Assembly (NCBI RefSeq): GCF_008802365.1
Contig: NZ_VZQZ01000011.1
Location: 129,501 to 193,500, forward strand
DNA from: Oryzomonas japonica
Lineage (GTDB): Bacteria; Desulfobacterota; Desulfuromonadia; Geobacterales; Pseudopelobacteraceae
Direction: 5' to 3'
Length of the DNA stretch: 64,000 bases
Shown here: piece after piece, positions 1 to 9,866 of the stretch
Position numbering within the stretch: the first letter of the stretch is position 1
How the letters are laid out: the number at the start of each line of letters is the position of its first letter
Program-made: the position numbers and the translations under genes
The notes under the pieces: generated by a model
Seen by the model: only the letters and a program-made list of their open reading frames with translations
Databases searched by the model: none
What the model was told of the DNA's origin: nothing

Positions 1-468
1 TGCCCTGAGGGCGGCCTTCACTTCCGGCGGCACAAACCGGTCGATGTTCCCGTTCAGCAGACAGACCTCCTTGACGATGGAGGAGGAGAGATAACCGTAT
101 TGCAGCGATGTCATCATGAACAGCGTCTCGACGCCTTGCCCGATCGTGCTGTTCATCTGGGCGATCTGAAACTCGTATTCAAAGTCCGATATGGCGCGCA
201 GCCCCCGGATGATGACATGTGCCCGCCGTGAGGACACATAATCTATCAGAAGGCCGCTGAAGGTGTCAACAACCACCCGCGGCTCCTCCCTGAACACATC
301 GCGGATCAGGGCGACCCGTTCGTCGATGGAAAACAGGGGGTTCTTCTGGGAGTTGGCGGCCACCGCCACCACCACCTGATCGAAGATCTTCAAGCCGCGG
401 TTTATGATATCCACGTGACCGTAGGTGATGGGATCGAAGGAACCGGGATAGACAGCGATCTTTTTCAT
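1..468 (-). CDS. coaD: phosphopantetheine adenylyltransferase CoaD. C-terminal few residues lie beyond the window start
   Basis: Reverse-strand translation MKKIAVYPGSFDPITYGHVDIINRG... shows the nucleotidyltransferase HxGH motif. The ATG at 468..466 overlaps the rsmD stop (ATGA). The ORF runs to position 1 without a stop. Confidence 0.85.
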   Translation of the reverse strand, partial: MKKIAVYPGSFDPITYGHVDIINRGLKIFDQVVVAVAANSQKNPLFSIDERVALIRDVFREEPRVVVDTFSGLLIDYVSSRRAHVIIRGLRAISDFEYEFQIAQMNSTIGQGVETLFMMTSLQYGYLSSSIVKEVCLLNGNIDRFVPPEVKAALRA

Positions 469-1040
469 GCGTCCTCCAACATAAAGAACTCCAGTGCCGT
501 GTCACCGTAAACCCGGCGATCACACTTGATAAGCGTCCCTACCCGTTCGGGCAGTGGATTGCGCGCCGCGCATTCCACGATCAGCACCCCGTCATCCGCC
601 AGCAGGGACAGGCCGCCTACCGCCTCCGGCACGGTATTGTAAAGGGCAGAGGCATAGGGGGGATCAAAGAACGCCACATCGAAGCGCCGTCCTTGTGACG
701 CCAAGAGACGCAAGGCCTTGAGACAATCGAGGGTAAGGACCTGAGACCGGGCGGTAAGGCCGGTGGCCTCCAAATTTTTTTCCAGAACCGCCTGTACGTT
801 CCTATCATGCTCCACAAAACAACAAAAGGCCGCCCCCCGGCTGAGGGCTTCGACCCCCAGGCTCCCGGTTCCCGCGCAGATATCCAGCACTTGGGCATCT
901 TCAAGGTCACGGCGGCTCGTAACGATGCTGAAAAGTGCTTCACGGACCCGGTCGGCTGTAGGACGGGTTTGCATCCCGCGGGGCGCCGCAAGCTTCATTC
1001 CCCGCACACTGCCCGCAATTACGCGCATTTTCGGCGTCAC
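465..1040 (-). CDS. rsmD: 16S rRNA (guanine966-N2)-methyltransferase RsmD
   Basis: 191-aa ORF with the N6-adenine/N2-guanine methyltransferase DPPY motif (FFDPPYASALY) and the SAM-binding DICAGTGSLGVEALSRGA. The coaD-rsmD pairing is conserved in many bacteria. Confidence 0.8.
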   Translation of the reverse strand: MTPKMRVIAGSVRGMKLAAPRGMQTRPTADRVREALFSIVTSRRDLEDAQVLDICAGTGSLGVEALSRGAAFCCFVEHDRNVQAVLEKNLEATGLTARSQVLTLDCLKALRLLASQGRRFDVAFFDPPYASALYNTVPEAVGGLSLLADDGVLIVECAARNPLPERVGTLIKCDRRVYGDTALEFFMLEDA

Positions 1041-1209
1041 CTTTCCTGTATACTCTATCTGGCGAAAGCTACATTAAAACAGTATAGGCGTCAAGTCGGA
1101 AGCACTCCAGGCAAAAAATGACGCGCTGCGGAAAAAACAGTTGAAAACAAACCATGCTCCAGTACAATGGCGCAGTCGGGCTTATCCTTGAAAATGTTAA
1201 GGAATTCAC

Positions 1210-2144
1210 GTGAACACAGGACGAGCACTACCATACCGTTTCGTGCGCCTCATGGTGCTGGCGGCCTCACTGAGCGTTATTCTTCAGGGGACTGCGGCGG
1301 CTGTCCAATGGCGCCCCCTGGCCCGTACGGCGCGTCATGACGTCGCCGTTGATATGGATTCCCTGAAACTGACCCCCCTGGGCAGGGTGACCGTCTGGCT
1401 CAGGTTCACCCCCCTCGGCGAACCGCAGCGCAAACTGGCTGCCGGCGAATATGGCGAAAAACAGTACCGCCTCCACCTGGAATATTACGAAATAGATTGC
1501 AGTGAACAGACCGATATCCTGGGACTCATCGACATCATTGGACCGGATGGAAAACGGTTGGCGAGGATGAAGGGGGGGGGGCGCTGGCAGCCATCTTCCC
1601 CGGCTCGGCGCTCGACCTGGCCGCCAAACAGGTCTGCCCGTCATTTGAGGATGAAACCGTTTCGGACGATGAGATGGAAACGCCGGACAGCAACGACACG
1701 GCGGAGGCGACCACACAACAGGTCCCTGAAGAGGTCCGCACACGCATTGCCGCGGCGCTCCAGAAGACACAACGGGAACCGGGCGATCAGGCAGCCTGGC
1801 GCGAGCTGGGAAATGCCTATTACGACGGCGACCAGCCCCAGCAGGCCATTGAGGCCTATGACCGGGCACTGGCGCTCACCCCCGACGATGCGGACATACT
1901 TAACGACCAGGGGGCTATGTACCGTCAGCTAGGCGATTTCACGCGAGCCCTGGCAAATTTCGAGAGGGCGCTCAAGATCGCGCCCTATAACCTGGAAAGC
2001 CTGTATAACGTCGGATACGTCAATGCCTTTGACCTGAACCGCATGGACAAGGCGCGGGAGGCGTGGCGCCGTTACCTGGAACTTGACCGGACCAGCGAGA
2101 CCGCCCTCCAGGTTCAGGGGTTCATCGAACGTTACAACAAATAA
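1210..2144 (+). CDS. secreted signal-peptide protein with C-terminal TPR domain, interrupted by a +1/-2 frameshift at a G10 homopolymer (1572-1581)
   Basis: The ORF at 1210 (signal peptide MVLAASLSVILQGTAAA) turns into Arg-rich nonsense right after the G10 tract. A different frame reads cleanly through the tract (..GEDEGGGALAAIFPGSALDLAAKQVCPSFEDE..) into the TPR ORF 1674..2144 (AYYDGDQPQQAIEAYDRALALTPDDADILNDQGAMY). Inserting one G would fuse both into a protein of about 310 aa. Confidence 0.5.
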
Positions 2145-2246
2145 GTCACCATTGCAGTGGGCGGCAAGAACCGGGCAACTTAATCATTTCCGCGCTGTTG
2201 CTAATTTTGCGTCATGTGATATCTTAGTAAGCAAGGGGGTAATGCC

Positions 2247-2732
2247 ATGACGATACGCTATCTTGCACGCGCGCTTTTTGCCCTTCTCGTTACCACAGCC
2301 TTCGGTTGCGGCGGAGGCGGTGGAGGAGGAAGTACTGCTCCCGTAAACCCCACGAAGGCCACCCTCACCTTGAGCATACCGAGCCTACCCGCAAACACCC
2401 TGGTGTCGTCAGCTATATTCACCATCAAGCTGCCGCAGGGAGTGTCGCCAGCCGTTCTCTCTGGTACCGATGCATGGGGATCGGTGACCTTGACCGGGGG
2501 AGCTGTCGGGAGCCTCTCTATTGCCAATTTCAGTTCTTCCCAGATAACGTTCGGCAGCGTAACCCTGAACGGCTTCGGCCCGGGCAATTTTATGATCGTG
2601 AACTGTGTTATCAGTTCCGGGACGACCGTCACCGCAAGTGACTTTTCGCTTTCGAATATTCAAGTGTATGACTCACCAAGTGCCACTCTGATACCTACAG
2701 CGACCATCAGCATGGCGGTTCAGTTGTCATAA
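2247..2732 (+). CDS. lipoprotein, hypothetical
   Basis: Signal peptide plus lipobox (LVTTAFGC) followed by a GGGGGGGS linker. Ser/Thr-rich beta-like body. RBS GGGGGTAA upstream. Confidence 0.6.
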   Translation: MTIRYLARALFALLVTTAFGCGGGGGGGSTAPVNPTKATLTLSIPSLPANTLVSSAIFTIKLPQGVSPAVLSGTDAWGSVTLTGGAVGSLSIANFSSSQITFGSVTLNGFGPGNFMIVNCVISSGTTVTASDFSLSNIQVYDSPSATLIPTATISMAVQLS

Positions 2733-2741
2733 TCTCGGTAT

Positions 2742-2818
2742 GCGCCCGTAGCTCAGCTGGATAGAGTCCCTGGCTTCGAACCAGGTTGTCGGGAGTTCGA
2801 ATCTCTCCGGGCGCGCCA
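2742..2818 (+). tRNA. tRNA-Arg (anticodon TCG)
   Basis: Cloverleaf folded by hand. Acceptor GCGCCCG/CGGGCGC, D-arm GCTC-AGCTGGATA-GAGT, anticodon stem CCTGG/CCAGG with loop CTTCGAA, T-arm GGGAG-TTCGAAT-CTCTC, discriminator G plus encoded CCA. Confidence 0.8.
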
Positions 2819-2828
2819 AACCTCATTG

Positions 2829-2867
2829 AATCTGAGTACTTCAGCTGGAGTGCTCAGATTCTTTTTT
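2829..2867 (+). terminator. rho-independent terminator after tRNA-Arg
   Basis: Inverted repeat AATCTGAG...CTCAGATT followed by CTTTTTTCC. Confidence 0.5.
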
Positions 2868-3269
2868 CCCGCCGTAGACTTTACGGCTCCCACCAGTGAC
2901 CGTAAGCTTCCCTGTCAAGTAGACAGATTTAAAGTAGAGTTTCTGGTGTAGTTTTCCATGTACCTGAGAACATGCCTTTCGTCATCAATTGAAAACCATG
3001 CAAGTTTCACAAAGTAGCCCTAACATCGTCCGTCATATATGGAAGTTTTGTCAGATATGATAGATTCCGCTGCTGATCTTCTCTTCTCTCTGCACCCTCT
3101 CTTTTCATTTATCCCTGCACAATCAAGCCGTTGCACTCTTAGTACCCACAGATATTCATTGGCGTGTTAGTTGCTAATTAATTGATGCGGATTTCAAATA
3201 ACGAATGCTCCACAACGGGCGTTTCATTAAGCCCAATTATCAACCATTAACCAGGTAAAGGAGGATGTC

Positions 3270-4202
3270 ATGAAACAAATTGCTTTTGCAATGTACCTGA
3301 TCTCGGCGGTAGTCGTCTTTGCACTAAACGGTTGCGGTGGAGGAGGTGGCGGAAGCGGTACCCCAACTGTTTCTGGGGTCGCAGCTAGCGGAGCGCCTAT
3401 GAGCGGCACTGTATTTATGAAGGATTCTGCAAATAATCCCGAAATGAGTACTACGATCAATGCACAAAGCGGAGCATTCTCGTTCAATGTTAGCGGTAAA
3501 ACGGCCCCTTACATGCTAAGAGCTGGTACGCTCTATTCAATGAGTAGCGGTCCGGGAACGGCCAACATTAACCCTCTGTCGCACCTGATGGTGGCGGATG
3601 CGGCAGGATTTGCCAATATGTCATCCATGAATGCCTTCTATAATAATCCGAATGGAACGCAAATGGGCACCATTTCGGGAAACATCGGTACAGCCAGGCA
3701 ACATATGCAACAAAAGATGGCGCCATTGCTAAGCGCATATGGCGTTGCCAATGTAGACCCAATTACGGGATCTATAACAATTGGTTTGGGGCTTGATAGA
3801 ATGTTTGATGACGTGAAAATGACTATCGATGCCGGCGGCAACGTATCCATGATGTATGTGAATGGTACTAGCGTATATACGGGATCAATGGCAAGTATGT
3901 CGTCCGGCACTATGATGGCAGGAAATATTGTCACGCCGGCTACAACGCCGACGGCTAGCGGCATAACCATAACGCCTAGTGTCGCCAAAATGCAGATAAA
4001 CGGACCAACACAACAGTTTACGGCCAATATTTCCGTGACGTGGTCGGTGATAACTCCGAACGGTGGCACTATTACACCCGGCGGACTTTATACGGGACCC
4101 GCTAGGCAGGGGATGTTTCTCGTTAAAGCTACCAGTACTGTTGACCCGACTAAATCATCGACAGCTATTGTTCTGATGGGAAGCGGTGGAATGATGATGT
4201 AG
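3270..4202 (+). CDS. lipoprotein with C-terminal Ig-like (Big_2-type) domain, hypothetical
   Basis: Lipobox ALNGC followed by a GGGGGGSG linker. Met/Ser/Gly-rich body. C-terminal segment ITITPSVAKMQINGPTQQFTANISV...TPGGLYTGPA resembles bacterial Ig-like group-2 domains. RBS AGGAGG 7 nt upstream. Confidence 0.65.
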   Translation: MKQIAFAMYLISAVVVFALNGCGGGGGGSGTPTVSGVAASGAPMSGTVFMKDSANNPEMSTTINAQSGAFSFNVSGKTAPYMLRAGTLYSMSSGPGTANINPLSHLMVADAAGFANMSSMNAFYNNPNGTQMGTISGNIGTARQHMQQKMAPLLSAYGVANVDPITGSITIGLGLDRMFDDVKMTIDAGGNVSMMYVNGTSVYTGSMASMSSGTMMAGNIVTPATTPTASGITITPSVAKMQINGPTQQFTANISVTWSVITPNGGTITPGGLYTGPARQGMFLVKATSTVDPTKSSTAIVLMGSGGMMM

Positions 4203-4236
4203 TAACCATCCAACGCATGACTGTTGGGAGAAGCAC

Positions 4237-5862
4237 ATGTCTGTGATGATCGGCCCGGCTAAAAGAAATCTGCGGCGAGTGATGCCGCGACTCATGCAAA
4301 TTATGCGTGTGCTTGCCCGGCACAAGTTCCTGGGCGCCCTACGCGGCAAGGGACATTGGCCTCCACCGAAAGAGGTCCGGGAAACCTTCGAGGAACTGGG
4401 ACTCACCTTTCTTAAATTCGGACAAGTACTCGCGATGCGACGAGATCTGCTGCCGGACGCCTACATCGATGAGTTGGAATTGCTGCATGACCAGTTGCCG
4501 GCGATGAGCACGAGCACAATGCGCGCCAGAATTGAAATAGAACTTGGCGCGCCATGGACGAAATTGTTCGCCTCGTTCAATGAAACGCCGATAGCTTCTG
4601 CCACCATTGCCCAGGTGCATGAAGCGACACTGCTGGACGGGCGTCACGTGGCCGTGAAGGTGCAGCGGCGCGGCCTTGAAAAGATGATCTCCACGGATAT
4701 CGCGGCAATGACCTATCTGGTAGCATTGGTGGAAAGTTTCTTTCCTCGTTTAATTGCGCTCGACCTCCCTGTTCTGGTGCAAGAATTTGCCAAAAGTCTG
4801 AAAAGGGAAACCGATTTTCAACGTGAAGCGCGCTCCATAGTGCTCTTTCGCACTGCGCTGGCGGATATTCCTGACCTCTGGATTCCGGATGTCGTGTCTG
4901 AGTTCTCGACCGGAAACATTCTCACAATGGAGTTCTCTGCTGGTGAACGTGTAGATATCTACGCAAAACAACAACCTGAAGCTATGCCGCGGGCGATCAA
5001 CACCCTGGTTAGGCTTATGCTACAAACTATTTTCGAAGAGGGATTGTTCCACGCAGATCCGCATCCCGGCAATGTGTTGGTTCTGCCCGATGGACGGCTC
5101 TCCTTGCTTGATTTCGGGATGACGGGTGAGCTTGACGAGTCGATGCGCGAATCGCTGACGCTCCTGCTCGAAGCGGTCGTGAAAGGCGATGCCCGGGCCG
5201 CCAAAGAGGCGTATCTTGAAATGGCACCGCAGGGGAGCGAAAAGGTCGATCGTGCGGAGTTGTTGATGGACATAAAGGCCGTACTCACTGAAATTCACAG
5301 GAGCGATCTTGCTGTTGTTTCGGTCGGGGAAGTGTTCGATTCGCTGCTGCGCGCCGGGAGCCGAAACGGAGTCCACAATCCCCCCGAGTTTTTCCTGCTG
5401 ACGCGTGCCTTCGTCATCCTGGAATCGTTGATACGTCAACTCGATCCGGGCCATAACTACATGGGATCGTTTCGAGAAGAAATCAAACGCCTGACCGCGC
5501 AGCATTTTTCACTGGGGCGGATAAAGGAAAAAACAAGCAAGCTGGCGCGCGAAATGGAACGCTTGATGAATGATGCGCCCGGTGACACGCGACGTGTCCT
5601 CCGACGTATCGCTGAAGGCAACCTGGGCCGCTTTCAGGCTCCGGCTATTGAAGCATTAGGGGGTCGTGTCAGCCGCAACCTAGAACTGCTCACCAGCGCC
5701 ATCATTTCTGCGGCGCTTATGGTCGCTGGAGCGTTGATGGTGAGTACACCACCGGACGCCGGATTGCATCATAATGCCGGCGAAGTAATGGTTACCGCCG
5801 GAATCTTTAGCACGATCTTTATTGCTGTCAAAGCAATACGTCGCGACCGTGGCCGACGCTGA
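4237..5862 (+). CDS. ubiB: ABC1/UbiB-family atypical protein kinase (ubiquinone-biosynthesis-type)
   Basis: 541 aa. aarF/ABC1 signature FNETPIASATIAQVHEATLLDGRHVAVKVQRRG, catalytic HADPHPGNVLV and two C-terminal TM helices. Confidence 0.75.
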   Translation: MSVMIGPAKRNLRRVMPRLMQIMRVLARHKFLGALRGKGHWPPPKEVRETFEELGLTFLKFGQVLAMRRDLLPDAYIDELELLHDQLPAMSTSTMRARIEIELGAPWTKLFASFNETPIASATIAQVHEATLLDGRHVAVKVQRRGLEKMISTDIAAMTYLVALVESFFPRLIALDLPVLVQEFAKSLKRETDFQREARSIVLFRTALADIPDLWIPDVVSEFSTGNILTMEFSAGERVDIYAKQQPEAMPRAINTLVRLMLQTIFEEGLFHADPHPGNVLVLPDGRLSLLDFGMTGELDESMRESLTLLLEAVVKGDARAAKEAYLEMAPQGSEKVDRAELLMDIKAVLTEIHRSDLAVVSVGEVFDSLLRAGSRNGVHNPPEFFLLTRAFVILESLIRQLDPGHNYMGSFREEIKRLTAQHFSLGRIKEKTSKLAREMERLMNDAPGDTRRVLRRIAEGNLGRFQAPAIEALGGRVSRNLELLTSAIISAALMVAGALMVSTPPDAGLHHNAGEVMVTAGIFSTIFIAVKAIRRDRGRR

Positions 5863-5889
5863 CGCTCCCCCCAAAATCCCAGGCTACCT

Positions 5890-6279
5890 TTGCGGCTATT
5901 GGTTGGTTTTTTTGCGGCCATAATGTTAGCGGGTTTCGTTATGAACGAAATCTGGGAAATGGCACAGATGCCCGCTTACGTCGAAACGGCGGAATATTCT
6001 TGGACGAGCACGCTCGGTTTATGCACGCGGGCGGCGGTGGGTGATGTGGGAATCATTCTGGGCCTTTATGCGTCCGGAGCGCTGGCTGCTGGCGATCCCC
6101 GATGGGGCTTACGCGCCAGATGGAACAGGTATGCCACGGCGGCAGCTGTTCTGGGGCTGACGTATGCGGTGCTGGTGGAACATGCGGCGCTAGACGCCGG
6201 ACGCTGGGCGTACAACGAGCAGATGCCCATAGTGCCTATGTTTGTTGGCACGGGCCTGTGGCCGCTACTCCACAAATGA
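5890..6279 (+). CDS. small integral membrane protein, hypothetical (start uncertain, TTG at 5890 or ATG 5923)
   Basis: 129-aa ORF with four hydrophobic helices. No recognisable family. Confidence 0.35.
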   Translation: MRLLVGFFAAIMLAGFVMNEIWEMAQMPAYVETAEYSWTSTLGLCTRAAVGDVGIILGLYASGALAAGDPRWGLRARWNRYATAAAVLGLTYAVLVEHAALDAGRWAYNEQMPIVPMFVGTGLWPLLHK

Positions 6280-6352
6280 CGCTGCTGCCTCCGTTCACAT
6301 TCTGGATTGCCAAACGACTGGCCGGTCGCAGCGCAACCAAAGGAGGATCTTT

Positions 6353-6478
6353 ATGATGGACCATACAGGCGGATGGATGGGTGGATGGGCTGGCGGACAG
6401 ACGTGGTTTTGGGCAGCGCTCGCCGTACTGGTGGTGCTGGTCGTAGTGTTTAAGAGTCTGTCCAGGAAAAATAAGTGA
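6353..6478 (+). CDS. 41-aa single-TM peptide (MMDHTGGWMGGWAGGQTWFWAALAVLVVLVVVFKSLSRKNK)
   Basis: Strong RBS AAGGAGG 7 nt upstream of ATGATG. Gly/Trp-rich N-terminus then one TM helix. Confidence 0.35.
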   Translation: MMDHTGGWMGGWAGGQTWFWAALAVLVVLVVVFKSLSRKNK

Positions 6479-6516
6479 GTTCACTACTCGTCCATGAAAT
6501 CCACTAACTATCCATA

Positions 6517-6858
6517 ATGAAGCAGTTCAAAGATGTCAATACGGTCCGGATTCTAACAGAAGGGCAAGCAAAAGCTCTTGATGTTCAGGGAGCTGACGAC
6601 AAGGCCGTCTCGGCAATCTCGCCTCCCCGGCTGTTGAGTATCACGGCAGTTAAGGACAAGGGCGCCAAGGAAGTTGAAGAGGTTAACGCCTTCTTTGACC
6701 GGCCTGTTGATGTGAAAGAGCTGCGGATGACCTTGCAGGACGGCACTCCCCTTGAAGGCGACATCTACCTCTCTGTCTTTGACATGGCAGCGGTATTGAA
6801 GCCCAAAACTCCATTATTGTTCAAGGAAAGTTTGCCATCAAAGTGCGATGGAAGGTGA
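6517..6858 (+). CDS. hypothetical protein
   Basis: 113-aa ORF with coding-like composition and no family recognised. Confidence 0.5.
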   Translation: MKQFKDVNTVRILTEGQAKALDVQGADDKAVSAISPPRLLSITAVKDKGAKEVEEVNAFFDRPVDVKELRMTLQDGTPLEGDIYLSVFDMAAVLKPKTPLLFKESLPSKCDGR

Positions 6859-6953
6859 TAGATAAACTTGGTAGGCCAGCGGAAGGCGACACCGTGATGC
6901 CGCTTGAAGTGAAACAGCACGAGCATTGAATATCACAGCTTGGGGAGGAAATC

Positions 6954-7373
6954 ATGAGACTACAAACTTCATATGCGTTCGGTGTATCACTAGATGGCTC
7001 TTTCGATGCAGTGGAGAAAAAGGTCCGCGAAGAGCTGGCCAAGGAAGGTTTCGGCGTCCTGACGGAGATAGACGTAAAACAGACTTTTCAGAAGAAACTG
7101 GGCCGGCAATTCCGTGATTATGTCATCCTGGGGGCCTGTAACCCTACGCTGGCCTGGGAAGCCTTCGATAGCGAAATCAACATAGGGACCCTACTCCCCT
7201 GCAATGTAGTCGTTTATCAGGGAGATGACGATAAAACCGCCGTGATGGTCATGGACCCGGTCGCAGCTCTGGGAATGATCGCAAATGACCAGCTTACGAA
7301 GGTCGCTGGCCAGGTACGCGCCACGATGGAGCGGGTTCTCGATGCGCTCTGTAGTGAGCAGGATGACGTTTAG
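6954..7373 (+). CDS. DUF302-domain protein
   Basis: 139 aa with the ILGACNP motif and overall DUF302 pattern. RBS GGGGAGG upstream. Confidence 0.65.
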   Translation: MRLQTSYAFGVSLDGSFDAVEKKVREELAKEGFGVLTEIDVKQTFQKKLGRQFRDYVILGACNPTLAWEAFDSEINIGTLLPCNVVVYQGDDDKTAVMVMDPVAALGMIANDQLTKVAGQVRATMERVLDALCSEQDDV

Positions 7374-7516
7374 CCGTAATCAGCCCTTGAGTTGAGAAGG
7401 GAGGTGAAACGGCTGGGGTAGTAACTGGTTTAAAGCACAAGTAATAGTAGTATACTATTTTTTTAGCACCCGGGATAAAAGATGCGCAAATATATACAGG
7501 AAGATAGGGCTCTATT

Positions 7517-7876
7517 ATGAAAAGAATAATCAACATTCTCACCCTTCTCAGCCTCTCGGCCATATTGGCTATCCCCGTTGTCACCCAGGCCGCTGAGAAA
7601 AAAGCCAAAAACGAAATCGTCATGAAGATGGGCAGCAAAGTACATCTGTTTCACAGCAGCGATGTAGAGGCACAGAAGGAAATCGCGGTAAACGACGTAC
7701 TTCCGGTTTACCGTATGAACATGAAGACCCGACAGGAGACAGAAGTCGGAGCGGTGAAGGTGCTATCGTTCATGGGGAAGCATTACTTCGAGGCAGAAAT
7801 CATCAAGGGAGAGGTTAAGATCGGTGACATCGCTAAGAAGGCTGATGCTTCATTACTGGTACAGCCGGCAAAATAG
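7517..7876 (+). CDS. secreted hypothetical protein
   Basis: Signal peptide MKRIINILTLLSLSAILAIPVVTQAAEKK. 119 aa. Confidence 0.55.
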   Translation: MKRIINILTLLSLSAILAIPVVTQAAEKKAKNEIVMKMGSKVHLFHSSDVEAQKEIAVNDVLPVYRMNMKTRQETEVGAVKVLSFMGKHYFEAEIIKGEVKIGDIAKKADASLLVQPAK

Positions 7877-8149
7877 AAACGAGACAAAAAGCGACGGGCC
7901 AACGATGTCTCGACGCTTTTGAGCCTTCAGCAAGTTTTTTGCAATTGAGGAGATAATATGATTGCCGTCAAATTTAGTGACGATGTCTCAACCGTGCGCG
8001 AGCTCGCAGTAAATGGCAATTTCGGATCTGCCAAAGAGGCGTTTGGCAAATTTGAAAATCGATGTGCGGAATGCCATACAAAGTTCAGGGATTGAAACCG
8101 ATCTTTCACCAAGTGATTTTCGCCTCAACTCTGGCCGGGTAACATCCCC

Positions 8150-8650
8150 ATGCTCAAAAAGATTCTACTTTTTGCCGGGGCCGGCGTTTCAATATTTCTT
8201 ATATGGTTCGCCGTCAGCGATTATCGTGGCTCCGGTCCCCATGGCAGAAGATCATCTCAGCGGCCTGGCCCACTCACTATCAGCGGCCATGGAAAACAGC
8301 GCCATGCACGACCCTTCACTGCTTTCTCTCGCCACGTTCACCACCCATGACATCGCTTATTTTGCGCTGATAGACAAATCAGGAAGATACCGTTTCCATT
8401 CCAATCCGGACCTGATCGGCACTGCTGTTCAGGACCCTGAAGCTGTGGAGATGGCCCTCAATGGCATAACAAAGGCCGGTCGGGTGATGTTGAAACGGGT
8501 GAAGAAGTCTACGAATTCATCGCCCCACTCTATCTTCCTGGCGAGATGCTCGGACTCCGTCTCACCCTGCAACCCGACACGAACATGTCGTCCGCCTTCA
8601 GAGGCGGAATAATGGAGGGACCTCGGGTACGACCACCGGTGGCATGATGC
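8150..8650 (+). pseudogene. Cache-type periplasmic sensor domain remnant (frameshifted, truncated)
   Basis: Three consecutive fragments lie in different frames. The first is a TM/signal part (MLKKILLFAGAGVSIFLIWFAVSDY, 8150-8230). The second is a Cache-like core (HDIAYFALIDKSGRYRFHSNPDLIGTAVQDPEAVEMALNGITKAGRVMLK). The third is GEEVYEFIAPLYLPGEMLGLRLTL (8500-8650). No kinase or output domain follows. Confidence 0.45.
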
Positions 8651-8897
8651 CTTAGCAATAATGTGAATTGGGTTACTGAACGGTCGTTTGCTATGCAGAC
8701 GACCGTTTATACTTATAGAGGGGCTCAACACAGAAAACGGAGAAAATTTCTATTGCGGATGTGAAGGAAATTTGACGGAAAAATTGCAATGGGATAGTTA
8801 CTGAGCTTCGACGAGAGGACTACGCCCTCACATGACGGGAATTTGGGGGGGTGATGCGGGCTAACATGTGGATTTAAACTTGTGTTAATTCAGCCTC

Positions 8898-9218
8898 TTG
8901 GCCCTTAGAATGGGAGCACCAACCCACTTCGGGCTGGTGAGGATTGAAATCAGTGGCCCTGATTTTAAGCTTGTTGCCCTACAGCAAAAGGTGAAGGAGC
9001 CGGGAAGCCAAATTGGTTCTGACGTGATATCAAAAAAAATACGTGACATGATCCGAGCGAATCCAATTACCGCAACATACAAGACAGTGTTTGCATGTGA
9101 TAAAAAGGAACGGATGGTAACCGGCCGCAAAGCTACTAACTATTCTTTCTATGTCTGCTCCACCATTGCCCCCAGTGACTATTTGTCGGCATGGCGTGAA
9201 GAATTAATATTTCGCTAA
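8898..9218 (+). CDS. hypothetical protein (orphan, low confidence)
   Basis: 106-aa ORF in a gene-poor, lower-GC stretch. Confidence 0.3.
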   Translation: MALRMGAPTHFGLVRIEISGPDFKLVALQQKVKEPGSQIGSDVISKKIRDMIRANPITATYKTVFACDKKERMVTGRKATNYSFYVCSTIAPSDYLSAWREELIFR

Positions 9219-9447
9219 TACTGGCTATCTATTTTACGCTGACCACTTTTCTCTGCCGCTGCACCGCTCTCTGACGTCATAATGAAAACGGCACTGTTCC
9301 GTGCCTAGATTTGGACAGAGCCGGATTCTAATCATATACACTAAAATACAGCTGGACTTCAAATAGACCAATGAACAGTTATATCCGGCTGATATCAAGG
9401 CATATTTTTCAGTACTGATTTTCATCATAACCGGCGCGCCATTACAT

Positions 9448-9477
9448 CAAGGGCTTAGGCTTTATTGCCTAAGCCCT
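9448..9477. other. perfect 12-bp-stem hairpin (AAGGGCTTAGGC-TTTATTG-GCCTAAGCCCTT), terminator-like
   Basis: Seen directly. T-rich sequence flanks both sides. Confidence 0.4.
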
Positions 9478-9866
9478 TATTGCTTCTTATATCCCCTGGT
9501 GGATACGCTAGTTATCTTGTGGGGGAAAGGAAATGCGCACAAAGACGATGTATCTCAAAGTAGATCGATATCAGGAAGCAAGTTTTGTCGTGCACAGATG
9601 GCTTGTCCTGATGGCGGCCAGCATTGTAAGGCGATAAGTTTTATGGTTGCTCTAAGGTTGAGCCAATATTGTTTCTGTTCAAATAATTTAATTCTGTTTT
9701 TCTTGACCCTGCCATCAAACTGGTGGCAATATCCGTGTCGATGGTGTTCAAATCAAAAGTCCGACAACACTGACAATTCATATTGAGGAGTTCCGGGGGA
9801 CACCTCGCTCTGCAAAACGAGCCCACGGCAGTTTCCCCGAGGCTCTCTGGTTACAAGGATATAGGA

